A DNA stretch of 64,000 nt, taken from positions 1-64,000 of the IMG/VR virus record IMGVR_UViG_3300036760_000945. One strand, given 5' to 3'. How positions within the stretch are numbered: the first letter of the stretch is position 1; each line of letters begins with the position of its first letter. The DNA is from a virus. The position numbers and the translations under genes are program-made. Positions 9,163 through 16,767 of the stretch are shown here, in pieces. The notes under the pieces were generated by a model, which was not told where the DNA came from, did no database searches, and saw nothing but the letters and a program-made list of their open reading frames with translations.

Positions 9163-9846
9163 ATGGCAAACCATACCAAAAAAACAGAGATTGCAGCTAT
9201 CGAGAAAGCAGACAAAGCACAGATCGAGATCCTTGATACACAGATATCCCCCGAGTCCCTAAAAGCAATTACTGCACTGCGCACCGCCAGGATCCCCAAA
9301 GAAGACCTGCGCCAGCATGAGGGCAAGAGCGGAAAGATATTCAGCTATGTGCCTCACCCACTTGCTACAGCAACGATGAATGACGCATTTGGCATGAACT
9401 GGGATTGGCAGATCCTGGATTATATGGTCTATCCCGACAAGAGCGCCGTCGCACGTGGCCAGCTCATTCTCTATTACTGGGACAGAGACGGGAACAGACA
9501 GCGGCGAACTATCACCGAGGTGGGCGGCTATCAGTTTGTTGGCGACAATCCCGTTCTAGCCAATGTTGTACTATCTGCCTGCTCACGTGCGCTCTTGCGC
9601 TGCATGTTCCGCGCCTTTGGTTACGGCAAGGAACTATATAAAGAGGATAGCAAAGGACTTACTCCTGCCGGCGCCTGGGACGTACTCAAGCGCTTTGCCA
9701 AAACCAAGAAGGTCAAGGAAGGCGACCTGGTCAAGGCAATCAAAGAGGCGGGCATTACTGATGAGACGTTCATCGATCGCTATGAAGAGGCTTATCAGTT
9801 AGTCCTCCAACTTGCTGCGCCTATACCTGCTTCTCCCGATCTCTAA
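9163..9846 (+). CDS. Rad52/Rad22-family (Sak-like) single-strand annealing protein
   Basis: GKIFSYVPH...MNDAFGMNWDWQI...SACSRALLRCMFRAFGYGKELY. Confidence 0.82.
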   Translation: MANHTKKTEIAAIEKADKAQIEILDTQISPESLKAITALRTARIPKEDLRQHEGKSGKIFSYVPHPLATATMNDAFGMNWDWQILDYMVYPDKSAVARGQLILYYWDRDGNRQRRTITEVGGYQFVGDNPVLANVVLSACSRALLRCMFRAFGYGKELYKEDSKGLTPAGAWDVLKRFAKTKKVKEGDLVKAIKEAGITDETFIDRYEEAYQLVLQLAAPIPASPDL

Positions 9847-9892
9847 ACCAGTGGTGTACCGGCCCGCCTCGCAGACCGGCAGGAAGGCAAAT

Positions 9893-10048
9893 ATGACAAA
9901 CCTTGATGAACAGTATGTCGGCAAAGCAATTACCGTAAAAGGCCACACCTTTCTTACCCGGTATGACACAGACAACAATCTCTACGAACATGATGTTTGT
10001 TGTGACAAGTGGTACAAGTTTGTTGAAACTGTTTCCAAAGAGGAGTAA
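9893..10048 (+). CDS. small hypothetical protein
   Basis: AGGAAGG RBS; 51 aa. Confidence 0.5.
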   Translation: MTNLDEQYVGKAITVKGHTFLTRYDTDNNLYEHDVCCDKWYKFVETVSKEE

Positions 10049-10051
10049 CTA

Positions 10052-10411
10052 ATGACAGAAGAGATGAAGTTTGACTGGGATCATATCTATCTACTGAGCT
10101 GGTATGATCAGAACGGGAAAGCGTATTTGACTACCTGGGAGGGAGACTTGCCCATTATCGCCGTCGTGGTCACTGGTGCCAGAAAGCCCTATGGGCCGCC
10201 ACTGTGGCGGGCGCCTGTACCCGCAGGGTGCGAGTTGCACGAAATACCCACAGGAAAAGGCAATCAAGAGTATGCCAAGGAACTAGGCGGGGTTGTCGCC
10301 ATTGGCTGGTATATCAAGGATGGCCTAACCCGCTATCCTCACGAGGTTCCCCTCCAGCAACCCCTGGTTCTACCGCCAATAGACAAGACCCTCTTATACA
10401 GGTCAATATGA
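10052..10411 (+). CDS. hypothetical protein
   Basis: GAGGAG RBS; ATGA overlap with ASCH gene. Confidence 0.65.
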   Translation: MTEEMKFDWDHIYLLSWYDQNGKAYLTTWEGDLPIIAVVVTGARKPYGPPLWRAPVPAGCELHEIPTGKGNQEYAKELGGVVAIGWYIKDGLTRYPHEVPLQQPLVLPPIDKTLLYRSI

Positions 10412-10764
10412 GATTAATGGCATTCACGATAACAACCAGGCAATTCTGTAATAGGACAAAGACTGTCACCCGCAGACTTGGCTGGCACAATCTCCAAGCT
10501 GGAGAAATGCTCTGCGGCATCGAAAAGGGCCAGGGATTAAAGAAGGGAGAGCGCATCAAGCGACTTGGTCAAATTCAGGTGGTCTCGTCGCGCCGGGAGC
10601 CGCTGCGCAGGATGACAGACGATCTCGAATATGGTTTTCAAGAAACGGTCCTAGAGGGCTTCCCTGAACTATCCCCCAAGCAGTTTGTTGGCTACTTCTG
10701 TTTTATTGACCACTGCACGCCCGATGTAATTGTGAACCGTATAGAGTTCAAGCGTATGGACTAA
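10408..10764 (+). CDS. ASCH domain protein
   Basis: TKTVTRRLGW...EKGQGLKKGE...EGFP...VNRIEF. Confidence 0.85.
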   Translation: MRLMAFTITTRQFCNRTKTVTRRLGWHNLQAGEMLCGIEKGQGLKKGERIKRLGQIQVVSSRREPLRRMTDDLEYGFQETVLEGFPELSPKQFVGYFCFIDHCTPDVIVNRIEFKRMD

Positions 10765-10777
10765 GAGGAGAAAAAAC

Positions 10778-12544
10778 ATGGGAATAAAGACAGGCATTAG
10801 CTACGTTCATGGAACCTGGAATTGCTGGCAGGGCTGTCAGAAAGTATCAGAAGGCTGCAAGAATTGCCTCGACCCCGCAACGCTGATTTTATATCGAGAT
10901 TGGACATGGCGGCTCATAGGGGATGCCAAAGAGGGCGATCTACTAATTGGGTTTAATGAAACCGGCAAAGGATTGCGCAAATTGGCCCTTGCTGAAATCC
11001 AAGGAGTTCGCAATACAAGACAGCCTGCTATTCGGGTCACAACCAAACAGACGGAAGTAATTTGCTCAGCAGAACATCCGTTTCTGATAAGCGGGCGTGG
11101 CACCTGGCAAAAACCTGCCAAATTTACCCTGACTACAACATTGCGCTATATTCCCCAACAAACGCGTTTCCAAGAGACAGAAGATTATCGTATTGGTTAT
11201 ATAGCAGGAATGACCGCGGGAGACGGCACAATGCAGTGGGAGGAGGGCTGGGGTTCAGTATGGCGCAAAGAGTCCCCGCAGTGCTACTGGCGAGTAGCAG
11301 TCACTGATCGCGAGATACTTGAGCGGCTTCAGAACTATCTTGCTACAGTGTTGAATCTATCACTGGAAATAAAGGACTTTGATGGTGGCAACAAAGGTAT
11401 AAAGCCCTGCTGGAAACTAGAGACCCGAAGCCAGCCGGTGCTAGCCACCATTGCAGCAATTTTGAGGCCAAGAGAGACAATAGAATATGCCCGAGGCTGG
11501 CTGGCTGGAATATTCGATGCTGAAGGTAGTCACCAAATCAACGCGGCACATGCCAGTAACTTACGCATTAGTAATACAGACACACGAATCCACGAGACTA
11601 TAATCAATTACGCCGCGAAACTAGGTTATCAATTCAAACTAGAGGCTACCCAGGTAGAGAGAGCACGAACTGTGCGTCTATATGGTGATGCTGCCAAGCG
11701 CGGTGCCTTTCTAGGCACTATTCAGCCTGCCCTACTTCGTAAAGTAGATGGACTGCTGGGGCACTCAATCTCATATCAACCGTCGCCAGTGATAGGCATT
11801 GAACAAATGCCAGTTAGAGACCTAATCGATATTCAAACCAGCACCAAGACGTTTTATGCCAGCGGATTGGCAACACATAACTGTTACATGTACCGGGAGA
11901 AGCTCAGATATGGACAATATCCTGCGGAAGTTGTCAGGTCCCGGGATAGAACATTCTTCGCGCCACGTTGGTGGAAATTGCACGATGGCGCAAGGATCAT
12001 GGTGTGTAGTTGGTCAGATTTCTTCCATATAGACGCAGACAAATGGCGGCCAGAGGCATGGAAGATAATAAAGGAACTGCCACAGTACAACTTCCTGATC
12101 CCAACCAAGCGCCCCGAGCACATTACTGCCTCTCTGCCGGCTGATTGGGGCAGTGGCTATCCCAATGTCTGGCTTGGCGTGAGTGTCGAGAATCAAGAGA
12201 TGTTCAAGAAGCGCGTGCCTATACTCATGGATATTCCAGCAAAGCTGCGCTGGCTCAGTATTGAGCCCATGTTAGGCCCGCTCAGTATCTGGGATGCTGG
12301 TGCCTATGCAGGTAGCTATATAGACTGGGTAGTGCTGGGAGGTGAATCGGGCCCACATCACAGACTAATGGAGAATGAGTGGGCATTGAAGATCGTGGAG
12401 GAATGCAAGATTGCGATGATCCCCGTGTATGTGAAACAAAAGGGCGGCTGGCCCAATACAAGGCACCGGCTCGAGGATTTGCCCGAAGGACTCAAGATCA
12501 GGGAATACCCGGGTTCCAAAGATTGGCCAGTATCATTGGGCTAA
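10778..12544 (+). CDS. DUF5131 (phage Gp37/Gp68, radical-SAM-like) protein with intein
   Basis: TWN-WQGCQKVSEGCKN/CY; SWSDFFH; TKRP; NVWLGVSVENQ; SIEPMLG; DWVVLGGESG; VKQKG. Confidence 0.92.
   Translation: MGIKTGISYVHGTWNCWQGCQKVSEGCKNCLDPATLILYRDWTWRLIGDAKEGDLLIGFNETGKGLRKLALAEIQGVRNTRQPAIRVTTKQTEVICSAEHPFLISGRGTWQKPAKFTLTTTLRYIPQQTRFQETEDYRIGYIAGMTAGDGTMQWEEGWGSVWRKESPQCYWRVAVTDREILERLQNYLATVLNLSLEIKDFDGGNKGIKPCWKLETRSQPVLATIAAILRPRETIEYARGWLAGIFDAEGSHQINAAHASNLRISNTDTRIHETIINYAAKLGYQFKLEATQVERARTVRLYGDAAKRGAFLGTIQPALLRKVDGLLGHSISYQPSPVIGIEQMPVRDLIDIQTSTKTFYASGLATHNCYMYREKLRYGQYPAEVVRSRDRTFFAPRWWKLHDGARIMVCSWSDFFHIDADKWRPEAWKIIKELPQYNFLIPTKRPEHITASLPADWGSGYPNVWLGVSVENQEMFKKRVPILMDIPAKLRWLSIEPMLGPLSIWDAGAYAGSYIDWVVLGGESGPHHRLMENEWALKIVEECKIAMIPVYVKQKGGWPNTRHRLEDLPEGLKIREYPGSKDWPVSLG
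10865..11881 (+). mobile_element. intein with LAGLIDADG homing endonuclease (339 aa)
   Basis: Starts CLDPATLIL; block B SAEHPF; YIAGMTAGDG and WLAGIFDAEG; ends LATHN followed by Cys. Confidence 0.93.
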
Positions 12545-12548
12545 AACA

Positions 12549-12577
12549 AAAGAGGCCAGAGAATATCTGGCCTCTTT
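12549..12577. terminator. bidirectional intrinsic terminator
   Basis: AAAGAGGCCAGA-gaata-TCTGGCCTCTTT hairpin between convergent genes. Confidence 0.85.
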
Positions 12578-12584
12578 GCTTTCA

Positions 12585-12878
12585 CTATACCTTAGTCAAC
12601 TTGTGAACAACCTGGCCAGCCGAGTGCGTAAGCACTGTGCCCGCGGCGATAGCAAACCAGGGCGCCAGTGCGCTCATGGTGGCCGCCGGTACATAAGTTA
12701 GGATCGCGTAGAAGCCAAGCGCCAATGCTACAGAAACAGCTTTTGTGATCAGGCTCTTTGCCTCAGACGCAAGTGCCACGAACTTTGGGATGTGCTCCAG
12801 GAGCCAGGAGGCGACAATGATGCTGCCCCCACTGTAGATCATCCATAGAATGAATTGAGTCAAATCGGTTGTAAGCAT
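12585..12878 (-). CDS. holin-like membrane protein
   Basis: 97 aa, 2-3 hydrophobic helices; AAGGAG RBS. Confidence 0.6.
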   Translation of the reverse strand: MLTTDLTQFILWMIYSGGSIIVASWLLEHIPKFVALASEAKSLITKAVSVALALGFYAILTYVPAATMSALAPWFAIAAGTVLTHSAGQVVHKLTKV

Positions 12879-12913
12879 AGTGTTCTCCTTCAAAAAGGGA
12901 TTAGGCTGAGCGC

Positions 12914-13006
12914 ATTATACCACAGCCCGTCCACATACTCGAGGATTTTCGGGCTAGAAATTCCACTACCCGCAACTTCCCCAAAAGGGCGGCTTTGCGG
13001 TATAAT
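12914..13006. promoter_or_regulatory. divergent promoter pair
   Basis: TGTGGTATAAT on - strand (12914-12924) and TGCGGTATAAT on + strand (12996-13006), each followed by AAGGAG RBS. Confidence 0.7.
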
Positions 13007-13027
13007 TGCCACTAAGGAGATAGTAGT

Positions 13028-13366
13028 ATGCAAACAAGAGTCCGCAGTGTGAAGTATCCATGGGGAATCTATCGCCGCAGGGATATCATGAAGAGGAAAT
13101 ATGGTATCACGCTCAGCAAATACTATGACATGTTCGTCCAGCAGAAAGGCAAGTGTGCAATATGCAGTACGCATCAGGATGACCTAGGAAGACTGTTGGC
13201 CGTTGATCACGATCACAAAACAGGCAAGATACGAGAACTACTCTGTGGCCCCTGTAATCATGGACTTGGCAATTTTAGAGATGGCCCAGCGCTTTTACAG
13301 AGGGCCATTAAATACCTCGAAAGGCATACAGGAAAAGGAGCGCAAAATGAACTGTCCACGTTGTAA
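13028..13366 (+). CDS. endonuclease VII-family (His-Me) homing endonuclease
   Basis: KYGIT...QKGKCAIC...LAVDHDHKTGKIRELLCGPCNHGLGNFRD. Confidence 0.92.
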   Translation: MQTRVRSVKYPWGIYRRRDIMKRKYGITLSKYYDMFVQQKGKCAICSTHQDDLGRLLAVDHDHKTGKIRELLCGPCNHGLGNFRDGPALLQRAIKYLERHTGKGAQNELSTL

Positions 13367-15887
13367 CTCTAACAACTATAGCAAATATGGGCATGGTCGT
13401 CATAGCGAACAGAGATATCAGTGCGCTGACTGCAAAAGCACTTTCGTAGAGGGTATAGAAGAAAGAAAAACAGAGCGAGAAGCGGGGCGTCTGAACTGCC
13501 CCTGGTGTGACAGCACTAACGTAACCCGGCGAGGGAAAACCAATAATGGTGAACAAAAATATCATTGTGAAGACTGCAAGAAATACTATAGAGAAAGGAC
13601 AATCAAAGTAATAAACACTAAAGTGCCCTGTCCCTACTGTCATTCTACCAACACATGCAAGGAAGGCAAGAAGCCAAGTGGTATGCAGGAGAGAAAATGC
13701 GAGAAGTGTGGGAGATACTTTAGTGACAGCACCCTCGATAAGTTTAACTCCCTGGATGCCAGCGAGATCGAATATACCGATAACGAGATCCATGTTGTGG
13801 AGGTTTCTAGGGCGCCAAAGACACTAGAGACAATCATCAAAGAGCGGGGCATCAATATGGACGAATGGGAAGTTGCCAAGTACAGAGTAAAAACTTCCGA
13901 GGGGTACCGCAAAGACAGAAAGTCTGACTGGCATGTCGTAGATGGCAAGGTTGTGCATGGAGATGTAGAGGATAGCGGCAAAATGTTGATCGTTCCTCTC
14001 TATAGCGTCGAGGTCCTCTTCGCCAAAAAGGTAAAGGTTGTTGAGGCAAGGCTCGGCATTCAAGAAATGCTGGCCGATGCCAAGGAATATGCTCCCAAGT
14101 ATGACGAGATCCAGTATCCCCAATTTCCCGCTGGCGTACTCTACGAAGTCTCTATCCCCGACATCCACTTTGGGCGCCTTGCCTGGGCCGAGGAAAGCGG
14201 CGATGACTATGACATCAAGATAGCCAAGAGGATGGTCATGGAGACCCTCAAGAAACTATTGGCTTACTCAAAGAACTATCCAGTTGAAAAGATCCTTCTC
14301 CCACTTGGAAACGACTACTTCAATGTCAACAGTAAGAGCAATACCACTGTCCGCGGCACCCCGCAGCAGGAGGATACACGCTGGGCAAAAACCTACAGAA
14401 AAGGTAGGGAAATGGCCGTGGAGATGATCGACCAGTGTTCTGCAATAGCCCCAGTAGACGTACTGATGATATCGGGCAACCACGACTGCTATTCTGCTGA
14501 TACAGAGGTCCTAACAAACGCCGGGTGGAAAAACTATAAGATGCTCGTCGAGGCCGATATGGTTGCGACCATCAACCGCCATACCAAAGAGGTAGAATAT
14601 CAGCCCTATACCAATCTGGTTGAATATGACTATGATGGAGAAATGTACAATTTCAAAAACAGATTTACCGATGTTCTTGTAAGCCCAAACCATAGAATGC
14701 TGCACAGAGTAAGTTGGCAAGATGATTATAGTTACTCTACTGCCGAAACACTATCAAAGCATAGTGTATACCACTTTAGAATCTCAGGGAGAAACGCAAG
14801 GGAGGACTTCCCGATTGACGATAACTGGTTGCGCCTCTTTGCCTGGCTAAACACAGATGGGGGGATACGGTCGCCAATATCATATACTATCTACCAAAGT
14901 AAAAGAACTGGGTGTGACAAAATCGAGAGCGTTCTCTCTTCTCTTGGAATAGGGTATAAGAAGGCAGTCAAAGAAAAAGCAATAAAAGAAATTGGCGGCA
15001 GGATTCTCAGAAATATCCCCCTTCCGTTTACCACCTATAGCCTAAACACAAAACACACATCGCGGGAGCATCTTGCGTTTATCTCCGCCCATATTACCGA
15101 TAAATACAAGGTTCCTCAAGTATTGTTTCAGTGTTCTGAGAGGCAGGTGGATATTTATGTCTCTTCCTTTGTTGATGGAGACGGAACAAGGAAAGCAGAT
15201 AATAGTACCTGGGCGATGGTATATGGAAAGGAAAACCTATTATCCGATCTACAACATCTTCTTGTAGAAAATTCATACTCGGCACACATGAATTTCTATC
15301 GCGACCAGCAGTGTAGATTATATCTAGTTAAGGGTCATGTAAATACTAAAATGAAGCCGGGCTACATAAGCAAAATAATGTATCGTGGCAAGATCTGGTG
15401 TCTTCAGGTTCCCAACAGCAATTTTATTACCCGCAGAAACGGTAAGGTTGCAATACATGGGAATTCTGAAAAAATCTTTTACATGGGCGATGCGCTGGAA
15501 TGCTGGTACAACAACAATCCCAATGTCAAAGTCGACAATCTAGCCAGGACCAGGAAGTATTATTCCTATGGGAGAGTCCTACTTGGCTTTACTCACGGCT
15601 GTGATATAAAAATCGACAGGCTCGTATCAGTCATGCCCCTCGAGGAGCCCCATCTTTGGGGGCAGTCCAAGTTTAGAGAATGGCATATAGGCCATGTCCA
15701 CCACGCTTATAAGCTGAACAATGACATAGAGGAAATGGTTGGCGTTGTAGTACGCTCACTGAGATCTCTGGTGCCAGCAGACGCCTGGACCTTCGATCAT
15801 GGATTGGTTGGGGCTATCAAGGCCGCCGAGGCGTTTCTCTGGGACAAAGAAGCGGGACTGATCGCACAATTCATGGCGCTACCATGA
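13347..15887 (+). CDS. calcineurin-like metallophosphoesterase with three N-terminal Zn ribbons and an intein
   Basis: Three CPxCxS...QxYxCxxC units; DIHFG, GND, SGNHD, THG, GHVHH motifs; AAGGAG RBS before ATG 13347. Confidence 0.88.
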   Translation: MNCPRCNSNNYSKYGHGRHSEQRYQCADCKSTFVEGIEERKTEREAGRLNCPWCDSTNVTRRGKTNNGEQKYHCEDCKKYYRERTIKVINTKVPCPYCHSTNTCKEGKKPSGMQERKCEKCGRYFSDSTLDKFNSLDASEIEYTDNEIHVVEVSRAPKTLETIIKERGINMDEWEVAKYRVKTSEGYRKDRKSDWHVVDGKVVHGDVEDSGKMLIVPLYSVEVLFAKKVKVVEARLGIQEMLADAKEYAPKYDEIQYPQFPAGVLYEVSIPDIHFGRLAWAEESGDDYDIKIAKRMVMETLKKLLAYSKNYPVEKILLPLGNDYFNVNSKSNTTVRGTPQQEDTRWAKTYRKGREMAVEMIDQCSAIAPVDVLMISGNHDCYSADTEVLTNAGWKNYKMLVEADMVATINRHTKEVEYQPYTNLVEYDYDGEMYNFKNRFTDVLVSPNHRMLHRVSWQDDYSYSTAETLSKHSVYHFRISGRNAREDFPIDDNWLRLFAWLNTDGGIRSPISYTIYQSKRTGCDKIESVLSSLGIGYKKAVKEKAIKEIGGRILRNIPLPFTTYSLNTKHTSREHLAFISAHITDKYKVPQVLFQCSERQVDIYVSSFVDGDGTRKADNSTWAMVYGKENLLSDLQHLLVENSYSAHMNFYRDQQCRLYLVKGHVNTKMKPGYISKIMYRGKIWCLQVPNSNFITRRNGKVAIHGNSEKIFYMGDALECWYNNNPNVKVDNLARTRKYYSYGRVLLGFTHGCDIKIDRLVSVMPLEEPHLWGQSKFREWHIGHVHHAYKLNNDIEEMVGVVVRSLRSLVPADAWTFDHGLVGAIKAAEAFLWDKEAGLIAQFMALP
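14487..15464 (+). mobile_element. intein with LAGLIDADG-type endonuclease (326 aa)
   Basis: CYSADTEVLT; VSPNHRM; FAWLNTDGG and SFVDGDG; ends VAIHGN followed by Ser; inserted directly after GNHD. Confidence 0.92.
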
Positions 15888-15894
15888 GGAGCCT

Positions 15895-16026
15895 ATGGGC
15901 AAGTGCTGTGTTTGTGGAAGCAAGACACTTAAAGACTGGTGGCACTGCGAAAGCTGTCACCAGTCAATGTGTTTTCTGTGTTGGTTGACGAATTTATGCC
16001 AATGTCCAGAGTGTAATCTAGGGTAA
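15895..16026 (+). CDS. 43-aa Cys-rich zinc-finger microprotein
   Basis: GAGGAG RBS; MGKCCVCGSKTLKDWWHCESCHQSMCFLCWLTNLCQCPECNLG has four CxxC pairs. Confidence 0.7.
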   Translation: MGKCCVCGSKTLKDWWHCESCHQSMCFLCWLTNLCQCPECNLG

Positions 16027-16043
16027 CACCTCTAAAGAGCATA

Positions 16044-16307
16044 TTAGCTCTTCCTCAGGAACGCAGCAATTCCTATTGCAAGTGCGCCGAATACAGAGTT
16101 CACGCTGCTCCACACAGTATTCTGCTTTCGCAGCGTTGTAATTTCGGTATCGTGTGAGTCAATAGTTGTCTCAAGCCTGGCCGCTTGCACCTCGAGTGCG
16201 CCTATGCGGGTGCCCATCTTATCGAGGTTATCTCTGAGCAGGCCCAGACTATCCTCGACCATGCTCTCTATTCGTACTAGATGTCCATTCTCGCTCCGAG
16301 TTGTCAT
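16044..16307 (-). CDS. coiled-coil protein with C-terminal membrane anchor (XhlA/holin-like)
   Basis: Heptad region then VFGALAIGIAAFLRKS; GGAGG RBS; follows tail fibre genes. Confidence 0.6.
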   Translation of the reverse strand: MTTRSENGHLVRIESMVEDSLGLLRDNLDKMGTRIGALEVQAARLETTIDSHDTEITTLRKQNTVWSSVNSVFGALAIGIAAFLRKS

Positions 16308-16323
16308 ATAATCCTCCCGAATC

Positions 16324-16743
16324 CTATTCCTGACCAAGGGCGGGCCTATGCCGCTTCCTGGAATCTTTCCTTGGGGCTGGCTCATCGATCATCCATTCAA
16401 GGTCGAGTAAGATTGCACCTACAAATTCGTCCGGCAACTGTTCTGGACGAATCTTTTTGAGATCCAACTCGAGTTCGTTTTCCCCGATGAATTCCACAAG
16501 TTCTTTTTGAAATTTGGCCCATGCCAGACTGCCCGGGAGAACGGACGTTGATCCATCTTCTTGCTTCTCGCCATATTTTGTCTTGATGAGATCGACACGA
16601 AAGTCATTATATGGCGTCAGCGCATCCCCTATAAGCCGAAGATTGTGCCGTATGGCAAAGGCACTGTCTCGCTTTATTCTCGACTGCATCAATGTCAATA
16701 GGGCATTTTCTGCGGGTAGTAAGGTCGCTAGTTTGATTTTCAT
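16324..16743 (-). CDS. phage protein downstream of tail fibre (DUF1617-like)
   Basis: AFAIRHNL...LIKTKYGEK...FQKELVEF pattern and position. Confidence 0.55.
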   Translation of the reverse strand: MKIKLATLLPAENALLTLMQSRIKRDSAFAIRHNLRLIGDALTPYNDFRVDLIKTKYGEKQEDGSTSVLPGSLAWAKFQKELVEFIGENELELDLKKIRPEQLPDEFVGAILLDLEWMIDEPAPRKDSRKRHRPALGQE

Positions 16744-16767
16744 TGCAATTCCTTTCGATTATTGAAA

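Noticed and set aside
13203-13346. ORF-track upstream extensions (also 783, 5113, 10204, 36127, 49134, 53049, 54364)
   Set aside because: They overlap upstream genes; better RBS-supported starts lie downstream.
13347-13740. IS1 element suggested by InsA-like Zn ribbons
   Set aside because: No DDE domain or terminal inverted repeats; the ribbons are fused in frame to the phosphoesterase.
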